Source: Candidatus Binatia bacterium
GTDB lineage: Bacteria > Desulfobacterota > Binatia > UBA9968 > CAXXLF01
NCBI GenBank assembly: GCA_963664015.2
Contig: CAXXLF010000001.1
Span: 960,001 to 1,024,000 of the forward strand
DNA: 64,000 bases
Direction: 5' to 3'
Both the position numbers and the translations under genes were made by a program. Positions 28,093 to 38,664 of the stretch are shown piece after piece; within the stretch, counting starts at the first letter, position 1; each line of letters begins with the position of its first letter. Under the pieces are notes generated by a model that was not told the origin of the DNA, did no database searches, and worked only from the letters and a program-made list of their open reading frames with translations.

Positions 28093-29514
28093 TTAACCCC
28101 ATGGCTCGATGGGAATTCGATCCCACTGCTCCCGACTCAAGAGTTTCAGGGGGTCGATTTTCTCTAGCACATCAGACGGTATTGAAAGGCGCTCCGCAAA
28201 GGCCGAGCCCAACGGCTTCGTGCAGTCGAAACCGACCTTGGTCGTGGTCGTTCCATCCAGAGAGCTCGGGTCCAGCACGCCTCCGGTCAGTCCAGGTAAC
28301 ACAATAAGTCCGCGATCGGCCTGGAAACGCATCGCCATGGCCAGTAAAATCTCTTTCTCATCGAAGATGTCCACGTCCTCGTCAAATACGAAGACGTGCT
28401 TGTGGCCGAAGGAAGCCGACAGGGCCGCCACGGCGGCAACCTTTCCCTGCCCCTCTACGGTCTTACGGATCTGAACGTAAACATGCATGCATCCTCCACC
28501 CGACATGGGAAGGTGCACCGCACGAGCCCCGGGCACCACGCTTCGCACCGCCCTTAGAACTTCGCCTTCCTTGTTGAGACTGCTGATCCAATGGGTGTGA
28601 CCCACCATGACATTGTCCCAATAGGCATGGCGACGACGGGTGATAGCGGTCACCTTGAACGTCGGGTTCCATCGCTGCGGCCCCACGTAGCGGGTAAATT
28701 CGCCAAAGGGACCCTCCGGCCTACGGTGCCCCTTGGGGACGAATCCTTCGATGACAACTTCCGCATCGGCCGGGACCAGGAAGTCGTCCCCCAGGGTCTC
28801 GGAAGGAACGAGACGAACCGGCGACCCAAGGGTCCCCCCTGCCGCCTCGTAATGACTCTCATCGGGTCCTACATGGCTAGCGGCACCCAGCAAGACCAGC
28901 GGGTGGTGCCCCACCCAGTAAGCTGCCGGCATATCTTCGCCCGCCGCTTCGTATTCCCGGAGATTATGGGCATTGTGGGAGTTCCGCCCCAAAAATACCC
29001 GAATTTCATTTTGGTTGAATAACCATCCCCGATGCATCGCCGAGTTGTCCAGCCGGGACTCCAAGTTATGGGTGAGAAACAACCCTTCGGTAATGTACCG
29101 TCCGGGATCCATGCGGTGGTGGAGGGGCGCAGGGAACCGGCGGACATCCACATCAGATCCCTTTTCCACCACCTCTTTAACCGGCGCCTCGTTACGGGCA
29201 ACCACCACCGGCTTGCGTCTTTCCTGTACCCGCTCATAGCAGGCCACTCCCGCCTGCTGGACATCCGCTCCCAGGGCGCGAGCCAGGCGAATGCGGCTGG
29301 CCATAAGAAAAGTGACCAGCGGCATCTCCATCCGTTGCCCGTCCACTATAACGTTATGGCAAACGAGCACAGGGAAACGCTTTGCCTTTTCAAACTTGGT
29401 GGCCAATGCGGTAATCTCCCAGGCCGCATTCAGGGGCTCCTCGATATGCACCACCTCATCGGGGTAGTCCTTCTCGTATTGGTCCAAATAGGAATGCAAG
29501 TCATACTGACTCAT
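28093..29514 (-). CDS. UbiD-family prFMN-dependent (de)carboxylase 3
   Basis: Motifs DLHSYL, DPGRYIT, NSAMHR, ADAEVVIEG, EGPFGEFTRY, VFDEDVDIFD and KVGFDCT. Confidence 0.92.
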   Translation of the reverse strand: MSQYDLHSYLDQYEKDYPDEVVHIEEPLNAAWEITALATKFEKAKRFPVLVCHNVIVDGQRMEMPLVTFLMASRIRLARALGADVQQAGVACYERVQERRKPVVVARNEAPVKEVVEKGSDVDVRRFPAPLHHRMDPGRYITEGLFLTHNLESRLDNSAMHRGWLFNQNEIRVFLGRNSHNAHNLREYEAAGEDMPAAYWVGHHPLVLLGAASHVGPDESHYEAAGGTLGSPVRLVPSETLGDDFLVPADAEVVIEGFVPKGHRRPEGPFGEFTRYVGPQRWNPTFKVTAITRRRHAYWDNVMVGHTHWISSLNKEGEVLRAVRSVVPGARAVHLPMSGGGCMHVYVQIRKTVEGQGKVAAVAALSASFGHKHVFVFDEDVDIFDEKEILLAMAMRFQADRGLIVLPGLTGGVLDPSSLDGTTTTKVGFDCTKPLGSAFAERLSIPSDVLEKIDPLKLLSREQWDRIPIEPWG

Positions 29515-29630
29515 AGCTAGACTCCCTAAAAAGCCACTCAACCTCTATTATAGTGGGCTTTGGTTGATAACCGACACGACTCCACCTGTTATATCCCCAG
29601 CATTTCCAATGATTCAATGAATGACTGGGT

Positions 29631-30809
29631 TCAACGTGAATCGGGTTGAGAGGCGAGTACCACGTTTTGATCCGCCAACCCTATCGGCGTCACCCACTGT
29701 TTGAGCGGAAGTCCCGCCCCATAGGCCCCGAGCTCACGCTCCCAAATCTTTCGTATGAAGACCAGCCCGATATCGTTCGGAACCAGTCGTTCATTGGTGC
29801 GATCGGGGATGGCGCCCTGACCAACCAGAGTTACGTAATCCTCCACCCAGAAAGAGTAGTATGTTGGTGTTTCCCGATCCATGTCCTCGATACGAGCCTT
29901 CCCCGCAAGCACGGCCTCAGCTATATCGTTCGGCGATTGGCTCATAGTGGCCCGAGCCTGTTGCCGGCGTTCCTGATACCGACCGGCCGCCTCTCCCGTC
30001 AGCGGGATCCAGTCTACGATGAAGGTCACGTTGCTTTCGTCGTCGATGGGAACATGCATCAAATAGCGATCCACAAACAAGTTCTTCACGTCTTCCAGGG
30101 AACCTTCCACCCGAGCTCGAGAACGCGACTGGATAACATTCGGCATATGAAAATGGATGTATTGCACCGGTGCTCCAGGGACATTGGACCCCATTCTGCA
30201 CCCGTACTCGGTCTCCTCCGCAGACACCTTGCGCGGGACGAGACGGTCCGTTTGCCCCGCCCGCGATAAGGACTCACGATGGACGAAGGGCACGTGAGCC
30301 GGATCGTTTTCAATCCGGTTAAAGTAGTTGCACGGCCAGATCTCCGGGGTCCCCGCCTCCAAGATACCTGGCCTCTCCATATCTGGGTACCGTCGTAACG
30401 GCGGAGGCTCCCCTTCACCTAGGTAGGCAAAGATAAGCCCCAGATATTCCTGCGTGGGGTAGCTGCGGATCTTCACTTTGGGCCCATTGGATTCCTCTTC
30501 CCCAGGTTGCTCGACACATTGTCCAGAACCGTCGTACTTCCAGCCATGGTAACGGCACCGGACGCAATCCCCCTCCACCCAACCGGTGGCTAGTTGAGTC
30601 CCCCGATGGGCGCAACGAAAGGCCACCACATAGGGCGTCCCGGTCTCGCCCCTGTAAAGAGTGAACCACTCGCTCATGATTTGAATTGGGACTATCTTCC
30701 CTGACGGTAAATCCTGAGCTCGATAGACCGGTTGCCAGAACCTCCGCAGGTAACTGCCAGCCATCGTGCCAGGGCCGGTTCGTGCAAAATCAATAGACGC
30801 ATCACTCAT
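29631..30809 (-). CDS. Rieske oxygenase, alpha-only (phthalate/vanillate clade), paralog R1
   Basis: Motifs TGPGT.AG.YLRRFW, CAHRG...CRYHGW, ENDPAHVPFVH and EDY...GQG. Confidence 0.9.
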   Translation of the reverse strand: MSDASIDFARTGPGTMAGSYLRRFWQPVYRAQDLPSGKIVPIQIMSEWFTLYRGETGTPYVVAFRCAHRGTQLATGWVEGDCVRCRYHGWKYDGSGQCVEQPGEEESNGPKVKIRSYPTQEYLGLIFAYLGEGEPPPLRRYPDMERPGILEAGTPEIWPCNYFNRIENDPAHVPFVHRESLSRAGQTDRLVPRKVSAEETEYGCRMGSNVPGAPVQYIHFHMPNVIQSRSRARVEGSLEDVKNLFVDRYLMHVPIDDESNVTFIVDWIPLTGEAAGRYQERRQQARATMSQSPNDIAEAVLAGKARIEDMDRETPTYYSFWVEDYVTLVGQGAIPDRTNERLVPNDIGLVFIRKIWERELGAYGAGLPLKQWVTPIGLADQNVVLASQPDSR

Positions 30810-30857
30810 GACCTTGACTCCTGCAGCCTGAAAACCGACATTGGAAAAGATCCGTAA

Positions 30858-31898
30858 TCAGCCCAAAATCTCCCCAACTTTATAAAATCTCTTGGCGTTA
30901 CCACCCAGGAGCGCGGCCTTGTGCTCTGCCTTGATATCTTTGCGCTCCAAGATTTCGTCGATTTCACCCATGGCGTTGTCAACGGCGATCTCGTGGGGAA
31001 AGTCCGAGGCGAACATAAACGGTTCGGGACCTACCCTCTCGATGGAATAGGCTAGGGCCGTTTCATTACCTTCACATCCAACGAAGATCTTTCCGCAACG
31101 GAAATAATCGGCCGGGGCACGTCCGAGATTTAGGCTCCCATATTCGACCTCCCGCGCCAGCCGGTCAATGACCAAGGGGATCCAGCTGGTCCCGCCTTCC
31201 ATGAAGCCGACCCTCAGATTGGGGAAGCGATCGAACACGCCGTCGGCGATCATTCCCGTCGTCGCTATGGCCAGGGGGAAAGGCATGCCGAGGGCCCGGG
31301 TCGGTGGAAAGACCGTAAAGGTGTTGAATCCCAGGTCGATGTAACTTCCACCGTGAACCGCCATGACACAGTCCAGTTTCTCCGCCTCCTCATAGATCGG
31401 CCAAAACTCTTTGGCACTGATATGCTTTTTGAGACCGTTAGACGGGATCATGGCGCCAACCATCCCCAGTTCCTTGACCGACCGTCTCAACTCTACCACG
31501 GCAGCAGAGGGATCCTGCATGGGAATCAATGCCACCGCCTTAAAGCGGGGGCTGAACTTCAGGTATTTCTCATACATCCAATTGTTATACGCCTTGGCAA
31601 AGACTATCGCCCAGTCCGGATAGACAACATGGCCATAGGCCAAACCCAGTGTCGGAAATAAGACGGAACATTCGGTCTCTGTCTTATCGAGAAACTCAAG
31701 CCAACGTTCTGGCCCGACGCTGGGATCAAATGTCCCCGGTTGGCGCGGCCGAGCATTCGGAGTATGGAACTCGTCCAGACTAGGCAGCATGAGCCGTGAC
31801 GAGATGTACCGATCGTTAAACGGGGCTTCAATGAACTCGTTAAGCTCTTGCTCGTTTTCCATCACGTGCCCATCGGCATCAATATATCCTTTTCCCAT
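30858..31898 (-). CDS. Amidohydrolase-2 family protein (ACMSD/LigW/LigY-like decarboxylase or hydrolase)
   Basis: Motifs IDADGH, AYNNW, PIYEEAEKLD..VH, FDRFPNL..EGG, FASDFPH and LGGNA. Confidence 0.88.
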   Translation of the reverse strand: MGKGYIDADGHVMENEQELNEFIEAPFNDRYISSRLMLPSLDEFHTPNARPRQPGTFDPSVGPERWLEFLDKTETECSVLFPTLGLAYGHVVYPDWAIVFAKAYNNWMYEKYLKFSPRFKAVALIPMQDPSAAVVELRRSVKELGMVGAMIPSNGLKKHISAKEFWPIYEEAEKLDCVMAVHGGSYIDLGFNTFTVFPPTRALGMPFPLAIATTGMIADGVFDRFPNLRVGFMEGGTSWIPLVIDRLAREVEYGSLNLGRAPADYFRCGKIFVGCEGNETALAYSIERVGPEPFMFASDFPHEIAVDNAMGEIDEILERKDIKAEHKAALLGGNAKRFYKVGEILG

Positions 31899-31946
31899 AT
31901 GCGTTCCCCCCTTTTGTACTATTTGGAATTGACAGTTTCGTTATGA

Positions 31947-32690
31947 CTACAGAAAATGGCCCCCACCATCCACCAACAGGAGTTGTCCCGTCATAAAGTC
32001 ACTATCCGATGACGAGAGAAACAGCACCGTTCCGGCAAGATCCGACTCGACTTGTGTACGCTTGAAGCACCGCTGCTCATTGGTCTTTTGCACCTGTTGG
32101 GCGCCTACGTGGCGCCCTTCCGTCACCACAAACCCGGGGGCAACCGTATTGACACAGATCCCGTAGTCTCCCAACTCCCGCGCCATGGCCCGAGTCATGG
32201 CAATAACCGCCCCTTTAGAAGAAACGTAATGAATGTAATTGGGATTACCATTGAGAGCTACTCCTGAAGCGATGTTAATTATTTTGCCTTTGGGTTGCTG
32301 CTTCATGTAAGGGAAGACGGACTTCGCACACAGCCAGACTCCTCGCACATTGACTGCCATGGCCTTGTCGAATTCATCCACCGCCATCTCCCAAAAGGGA
32401 CTCTTCTTGACGTTCATGAAATAGGCCGCGTTGTTCACCAGGATATCCACTCTACCGAATCGTTTAATGGTGGCTTCCACCATCGCCTTGACACTCGATT
32501 CATCGGAAACATCGCACTCCACACTCATGGCCTCCCCACCCGCAGCCTGGACGGCCTCTACAGCGGCAGTTGCATTCACGACGTCGGGCAGGCACACTTT
32601 CGCCCCCTCTTTAGCCAGAGTCAGCGCATAGACCTTCCCTATCTTGCCTCCCCCACCGGTAATAATGGCGACCTTGTCTTGCAAACGCAT
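31947..32690 (-). CDS. Classical short-chain dehydrogenase/reductase
   Basis: Motifs TGGGGKIG, NNA, catalytic YVSSK and VDGG. Confidence 0.92.
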   Translation of the reverse strand: MRLQDKVAIITGGGGKIGKVYALTLAKEGAKVCLPDVVNATAAVEAVQAAGGEAMSVECDVSDESSVKAMVEATIKRFGRVDILVNNAAYFMNVKKSPFWEMAVDEFDKAMAVNVRGVWLCAKSVFPYMKQQPKGKIINIASGVALNGNPNYIHYVSSKGAVIAMTRAMARELGDYGICVNTVAPGFVVTEGRHVGAQQVQKTNEQRCFKRTQVESDLAGTVLFLSSSDSDFMTGQLLLVDGGGHFL

Positions 32691-32755
32691 TGTACACTCC
32701 TTTCCTTGGAACCTATCGAATGTTTCGACTCCGGTATTTACGCTGGGACACCCAC

Positions 32756-34024
32756 TTAGTCCAACTTTCTAAGGGCTGGTACTCTTAGGGCAATGGCTGT
32801 AGTCATCGCAATGATAACCACCCCAACGATTGACAGGGTGGCTGACATGCCGATTATCACGGCCATGATACCCACCGCCGGGCCATTGAAGATCTGTAAA
32901 CCAAAGACCGACATGCTGTAAAGTCCCATCATGCGCCCTCGGACCGATTCGGGGGCTACGATGAGCAATAGCGTATTGATGGACGCCTGATGGATCACAA
33001 AGGCGGCACCGTACGCGACCAGAATAAGGGACGCGATTTCCACGGGAACGTACCAGGAGACACTGGCAAAAACGATAATAAAGAACGCATAAGCTAATGT
33101 AAAGCCGAGAACCACTCCCCCCTTGTGTGTCACCTGCCGCATGAATGAAAAGCCCAGTGCACCTAAAATCGCCCCAACTCCACCGGCGGCCAACAAAAAA
33201 CTATAACCCTGAGCCCCCAAGCCAAACGCCCTTTCCGCAAAAAAGGGAAGCATGGATTGGAAGCTGCTCCCGATGAGAATCGTGGGCGTAGCAGCTAAAC
33301 TGAGCAGACCCAAAGAGACGGGATTGGACCTTACATAACGAAACCCCTCCTTGAGGCTACGCCATGCCGACGGGGACTCTCCCTTAATCTCACGGGGATT
33401 TTCAACAATGCGCATCGTGGTCAGGGTCACGATAAGCGGCAAGAAGAGGACTCCAATAAGGAGGTAGGCCCACCCAACACCGCTACTGACAAGAGCCCAC
33501 CCGGCCAGGGGGGGGCCGATGACCATCAGGGAGTGGCGCGCTGAGGAGCTCAAACTGATGGCATTGAGCAACGCCTCCTTACCCACCATATTATGGACCA
33601 GCACCATGCGGCTTGGCTGACTCATACCCCCGCCGATGCCATGCAACACCAGCAAGCCCAAGACCATCCACAGCTGGATGGTTCCCGCAAGAACAAGCAA
33701 CCCCATAATGACGGCGGATGAAAGATAAAAAAACTCCGACGCGCGGACGAGCTTCCGATTGTTGACTCGATCGGCCCACACCCCGGCATGCAGACACAGA
33801 ATACTGAAGGGAAGCCAGTGACAGAAGTTGGCGATACCAAGCCAAAGGGGCGATTTGGTCATTTCCCAAACCAGCCAGTTTCGAACAACGGCTTCGGAAA
33901 TATCACCTAGCGCGGAGCTGACCGTCGCCAGCCAATAGAGACGGAAGGTCCGATTGTGAAGCGCCGCAAACCTTAGCATGGGTTCCGATTTTACGGCGAC
34001 CGTATGAGATACCGTTGTTGCCAT
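32756..34024 (-). CDS. MFS transporter (EntS/DUF894-like)
   Basis: About 12 hydrophobic segments; motifs FRLYW, GVWADR and RGRMMG. Confidence 0.88.
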   Translation of the reverse strand: MATTVSHTVAVKSEPMLRFAALHNRTFRLYWLATVSSALGDISEAVVRNWLVWEMTKSPLWLGIANFCHWLPFSILCLHAGVWADRVNNRKLVRASEFFYLSSAVIMGLLVLAGTIQLWMVLGLLVLHGIGGGMSQPSRMVLVHNMVGKEALLNAISLSSSARHSLMVIGPPLAGWALVSSGVGWAYLLIGVLFLPLIVTLTTMRIVENPREIKGESPSAWRSLKEGFRYVRSNPVSLGLLSLAATPTILIGSSFQSMLPFFAERAFGLGAQGYSFLLAAGGVGAILGALGFSFMRQVTHKGGVVLGFTLAYAFFIIVFASVSWYVPVEIASLILVAYGAAFVIHQASINTLLLIVAPESVRGRMMGLYSMSVFGLQIFNGPAVGIMAVIIGMSATLSIVGVVIIAMTTAIALRVPALRKLD

Positions 34025-34249
34025 TTAAATTCTCTTAACTTGACTGAAGAAAGGCAATGAACGAAGCACCCGCTGAACTTATATCCCTCGAAGAGCCAAA
34101 GTCAAACATGGAGTCCGTTAAGGGGGTTATAGGTCGAAACAGAAGCTAGGCACTTCGTTCTACCGAGACTGAAACACAATTTACCAAAGATCGCGGAGGC
34201 TATTCTTTTGACACCGCGTATCCTTTTTATATATCCTCTGAGTTCCTCC

Positions 34250-35545
34250 ATGGAAACACAACTTCGAGACTCTAATCCGGATTCTCCCGCCGAACCGCGC
34301 ACCTGGTTCTATGGCTGGATCGTCATTGCTGTTTGCACGGCGGTCATATTTGTTGTCACGGGGACCAGAAGCTCCTTCGGAGCCTTCTTTAAAGCGATGC
34401 AATCGGACCTGGACTGGGACCGGGGAACCACCGCTGGGGCCGCCGCCATCAGCACTGCCGCTTGGGCCTTATCCCTACCCGTCATAGGACGGCTGGTCGA
34501 CCGCTACGGTGCCAAGTTGGTTATGACCACGAGCCTCGTGCTTATGATCGGTTCTGTCGTTCCCATGTTCTGGGTTGATTCCCTTTGGGCACTCTACCTA
34601 TTTTATGGTGTGTTGCCGGGGATCGCCTCATCGGGAGCGAGCATGATACCGGCGGCGCATCTAATTGGCCGATGGTTTCACAAGCGCGCAGGAATCGCTT
34701 CGGGCATTGCTTCCTCTGCGGTCCCCCTCGGATGGGCTATTTTCGCCCCCCTTGCGGCAATGCTGGTCCCACTCTTGGGATGGCGACTGTCCTATATCGC
34801 ACTTAGTGTCTGTCTACTGGTTGTATTACCATGTGTAATCTTCTTCCTACGGAATGCGCCCCGTCCCGGCGAAGTTCCGGGTTCGGAAGGTTTGCCCACT
34901 TCGCGGAATGCGCCGCCCCAAGCAGGCTCGCCGTCTAATCGTCCAGCGACTTTGACGCTTCGGGCCGCTCTACGCACGCCTCTCTATCGTCTTTTACTCT
35001 TGAGCCAGATCAGCTGCGGCCTACTGGATCACTCCGTCGGGGTCCACTTCATTGCCTTTGTATCTGACAATGGCCAGACCGAGATCTTCGCCGCGCTGCT
35101 GATGGGAGCGACCAACCTAATCGCCGTTGGCGGCAGCCTGCTGGGCGGATGGTTGTGCGATCGCTTTAGCCGCAAGTCCGCCCTCTGTGTCATGCATGGA
35201 TTCAGGGTGATGGGATTTCCCATGCTGATCCTCTTTGGATTGACGGGCAGCGTCGTCTGGCTGTACCTGTTCACCACTCTTTATGGTGTAACGGTCATCA
35301 TGGGCTTTCCGCCCACCAGCCTGCTTATCGTGAAGATGTACGGACACCGTTCCGTGGGATCCTTGTACGGGAGCCTCCAGGTCATGCATCATCTAGGTAT
35401 GGCGGCAGGAGCCTATTTTGCCGGTGCCGTATTTGATCGGTTTGGGAGTTACTATCCCGTCTTCGCCGTGGCCACGGTCATTGCGGCCGTTGCTACGTTG
35501 GGGATGTTTCAAATCGACGAGGAACGCCGACCTTACACCGAGTAG
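34250..35545 (+). CDS. MFS transporter (OFA/MCT-like)
   Basis: Motifs FYGW, GRLVDRYGAK, GWLCDRF and FDRFGSY; multiple TM segments. Confidence 0.88.
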   Translation: METQLRDSNPDSPAEPRTWFYGWIVIAVCTAVIFVVTGTRSSFGAFFKAMQSDLDWDRGTTAGAAAISTAAWALSLPVIGRLVDRYGAKLVMTTSLVLMIGSVVPMFWVDSLWALYLFYGVLPGIASSGASMIPAAHLIGRWFHKRAGIASGIASSAVPLGWAIFAPLAAMLVPLLGWRLSYIALSVCLLVVLPCVIFFLRNAPRPGEVPGSEGLPTSRNAPPQAGSPSNRPATLTLRAALRTPLYRLLLLSQISCGLLDHSVGVHFIAFVSDNGQTEIFAALLMGATNLIAVGGSLLGGWLCDRFSRKSALCVMHGFRVMGFPMLILFGLTGSVVWLYLFTTLYGVTVIMGFPPTSLLIVKMYGHRSVGSLYGSLQVMHHLGMAAGAYFAGAVFDRFGSYYPVFAVATVIAAVATLGMFQIDEERRPYTE

Positions 35546-35608
35546 CCGATCTTGGGCACCCTCGAAGCGAGCCGGCGTATTTTATGGACTGGGTGTAAAA
35601 CGAACCCG

Positions 35609-36448
35609 CTATTTCCCTGGCCCAAGGACTCTGTTCAGGAGCTGCTGGGCAAGGGCAAGCCCAGGCATAGAGGTTCCCAACTCGTGGCCTAGTTCGATGG
35701 CTGGCACGACCCCCTTATAGAAGAGTTCCATCTGATGGGGACCCGCGGCCTTTTGTTCTTTCACAAAACGCAACCAGTTGTCGGCGATGGCGCTCTGACC
35801 GGTGCTCACCCGCACCAGTTCCTGGAACGTCTCCAGGCGGATGCCCCCCTTCTCCGCCAATTGCATCCCTTCACAGGCCGACATCATATTGATCAGCACC
35901 ATGGTTTGCTGTGCCAATTTCGTAATCGAGCCAGTTCCAAGATCGCCCATGTGAAGGATGTGGCGGCCCGAGGCCGCAAGGACAGGTTGGCATTTGTCAA
36001 AAGACGACTTATCCCCGCCGACCATAAAGCAGAGACTCTGGGCGCGGGCCCCACGATTGCCGCCACTCATCTGAGCATCCACCACATCCACCCCCTTGGC
36101 CCTTGCTAGCGGGGCTATTTTTTTGGGTGTATTGGGGTGAATGGTACTGTGAATGGCGATCACACTTCCCCGATTGGCCCCGGCCAGTACGCCGTTATCT
36201 TCCCCGAGGACGACTTCTTCGACCTGAGCATCATCGACGACTGCGATCTCAACCACCTCCGCATACTGACCGATCTCGCGGGGAGAACGGGCAATGGCCG
36301 CGCCCAACTCCGCCATCTCTTTTAAAGGTCCCTCCCTCACGTCGTAAACCATCAAATCAAATCCGGCCTTGATCACATTGGTAGCCATCGCCTTACCCAT
36401 GTTACCCAGACCGATAAAGCCAACTTTTTTTACCAACGTTTTCTCCAC
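35609..36448 (-). CDS. Beta-hydroxyacid dehydrogenase family (3-hydroxyisobutyrate dehydrogenase-like) 1
   Basis: Motifs GFIGLGNMG, HST, DAQMSGG, FMVGG and GTG..TKLAQQ. Confidence 0.9.
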   Translation of the reverse strand: MEKTLVKKVGFIGLGNMGKAMATNVIKAGFDLMVYDVREGPLKEMAELGAAIARSPREIGQYAEVVEIAVVDDAQVEEVVLGEDNGVLAGANRGSVIAIHSTIHPNTPKKIAPLARAKGVDVVDAQMSGGNRGARAQSLCFMVGGDKSSFDKCQPVLAASGRHILHMGDLGTGSITKLAQQTMVLINMMSACEGMQLAEKGGIRLETFQELVRVSTGQSAIADNWLRFVKEQKAAGPHQMELFYKGVVPAIELGHELGTSMPGLALAQQLLNRVLGPGK

Positions 36449-36484
36449 CGCCTCCCATTCATAGGGTTCATTACTGTATTCATA

Positions 36485-37672
36485 CTAGGAGGCCTTGGGG
36501 GCTGCTAGCTTACTCATCTCCGCTAGCCTCGCTGAAGTTCTCCATTGTTTCAGTGGCCGACCATCGGCGAGCGCCTTGAGTTCCCGTTGCCAGATTTTTC
36601 TTAACAAAAATACCCCGACATCCATGCGGCCCAAGTGCTCATCAGGACGCTCCTGCTTTTGTCCCTGCCCCACTTGAACGACATAGTCCTCAATCCAAAA
36701 GAGCTTATAAGTGGACAGGTTTTTATCAACATCCGCCAGAGTCATTTTGCCTGCAAGGATATCCTCAGCAACCTGGTTGAGCGGTGCTGTGGGTGCCTCC
36801 TCAGCCGTTCGCCGCCGCTTTCGGTAAGCCTCCCCCGCTTCGCCTGTGAGTGGCACCCTATCAACTACAAAACTCATACAGTTGCCATCATCGACGGGCA
36901 CGCGCCAGAAGAGACGATCCACCCATAGCTTGGCTGCGTCTTCCAAGGTCCCCTCAACCCTGGCCTGGGACCGGCTCTGGTTGGTGATGGGCATGTGAAA
37001 GTGAAGGTAAAAAGGATCTCGCCCCGCCACGCGATTGGCGGTGCGGACACCGTAGTCGGTCTCTTCCGAGGTTAGGGAGCGGACCGCTAGCTGCCGTTCC
37101 ATACCCTGCACACGCCGAATCGACTCGCGATGAGTAAATGCCACATGACCGGCATCGCACGCGTTATCGATTCGGTTGAAATAGTTACACGGCCAATACT
37201 CGGGAGCGCCCGCATCCAGGATCCCCGGCTCTTCGAAATCGGGATGCCTTCGCAGGGGGGGCGCATTCCCCTCGCCGATATAAACGAAAATCAGGCCCAG
37301 ATATTCACAGGTCGGGTAGGTTCGGACCTTGACCTGGCCAGCAGTGGAGTCATCCCCCCCGGGTTGCTCGACACACTGCCCCGATTCGTCATATCTCCAA
37401 CCGTGGTAGCGGCAACGGATGGAATTTCCTTCCACCCACCCTGCTGAAAGTTGGGTACCTCGATGGGGACAGTTGAAATCCACCAGATGGAGCTCCCCAG
37501 TCTCGCCACGGTAGAGTGTAAACTTTTCACTCATGATCTGGACCGGGACCGCCCGCTTGACCGTCAGATCTTTGGCCCGGTATATGGGATGCCAGAACGT
37601 TCTAAGATACCGACCGGCCAGTGTTCCAGGGCCCGTATGAATAAAATCCTCATAGTCCGGTAATGCTGCCAT
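36485..37672 (-). CDS. Rieske oxygenase, alpha-only, paralog R2
   Basis: Motifs CPHRG...CRYHGW, DNACDAGHVAFTH and EDYVVQVGQG. Confidence 0.9.
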   Translation of the reverse strand: MAALPDYEDFIHTGPGTLAGRYLRTFWHPIYRAKDLTVKRAVPVQIMSEKFTLYRGETGELHLVDFNCPHRGTQLSAGWVEGNSIRCRYHGWRYDESGQCVEQPGGDDSTAGQVKVRTYPTCEYLGLIFVYIGEGNAPPLRRHPDFEEPGILDAGAPEYWPCNYFNRIDNACDAGHVAFTHRESIRRVQGMERQLAVRSLTSEETDYGVRTANRVAGRDPFYLHFHMPITNQSRSQARVEGTLEDAAKLWVDRLFWRVPVDDGNCMSFVVDRVPLTGEAGEAYRKRRRTAEEAPTAPLNQVAEDILAGKMTLADVDKNLSTYKLFWIEDYVVQVGQGQKQERPDEHLGRMDVGVFLLRKIWQRELKALADGRPLKQWRTSARLAEMSKLAAPKAS

Positions 37673-37769
37673 GGTTATGCCTCCTCGTTTCTTTTGCCAG
37701 CAACAATTTGCCGGTGCCTTCAGTGGCGTGCAAACACCCTTTGCCCATTCACGACAAGGGCTGCCAAGC

Positions 37770-38606
37770 TTACTTCTGCGGCACGCCGAGAATCTGGGTT
37801 AGCAGCTGCTGGGTTAAAGCCAGACCCGGGAGCGAGATGCCCAATTCATGACCCAATTCAATTGCGGGCTTGAGCCCTTTATAAAAAGCCATTAAACGAT
37901 CCTGCGCGTCTACAGGGTCCAAGGTGCCGATATGTCTATAGACGTCCCAGTTACTGGCCACATGGCTCCGACCGCTGCTGGCGTGAACAACTGCTTGCAG
38001 GACCTTGGGATCGAGACCTGCTTTCTCCCCCAGTGTCATCCCCTCATAGGTTGCAAGGCGGTTCATCATGACGATGGTCTGCTGAGCCGCTTTCGCCACG
38101 ACCCCCATCCCTAAAGAACCAACGTAGATGATCTCCTGCCCCGACGTGGCAAACACCGGCCTACAAAGTTCGAAATGTTCCTTTTCTCCTCCCACCATGT
38201 AGCAGAGGGTCTTGGCCCGTGCTCCCCGCTCGCCGCCACTGACCGCAGCATCCACTACATGCACGCCCTTTTTCCCGGCCAGCTCGGCGACTTTTTTAAC
38301 TGTTTTGGGATGAATGGTGCTGTGAATAGCGATGATGGTCCCGGGACTCGCCCCCTCGAGGATCCCCGCCTTTCCTGCAACCACCGTTTCCACTTGGGCA
38401 TCGTCAACTACGGACAACTCAATCAGTTGGGCATGCTTCCCGACCTCCATGGGGGACCCGGCCCGTTTGGCTCCCAATGCGGCGAGTTCCTTCATTGGAT
38501 CTTCCCTGAGGTCGAAAATCATGAGATCCAAACCCGCCTTAAGAACGTTGGCCGCAATGGGCTTGCCCATGTTACCGATACCGATATAACCGGTTTTAGT
38601 GATCAT
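37770..38606 (-). CDS. Beta-hydroxyacid dehydrogenase family 2
   Basis: Motifs GYIGIGNMG, DAAVSGG, YMVGG and AKAAQQ. Confidence 0.9.
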   Translation of the reverse strand: MITKTGYIGIGNMGKPIAANVLKAGLDLMIFDLREDPMKELAALGAKRAGSPMEVGKHAQLIELSVVDDAQVETVVAGKAGILEGASPGTIIAIHSTIHPKTVKKVAELAGKKGVHVVDAAVSGGERGARAKTLCYMVGGEKEHFELCRPVFATSGQEIIYVGSLGMGVVAKAAQQTIVMMNRLATYEGMTLGEKAGLDPKVLQAVVHASSGRSHVASNWDVYRHIGTLDPVDAQDRLMAFYKGLKPAIELGHELGISLPGLALTQQLLTQILGVPQK

Positions 38607-38664
38607 CCTTTGTTTCCCTATCTCTAGCTAAATGAAAAAGCTTTCCCGAATTGCGCGAGCCCTG

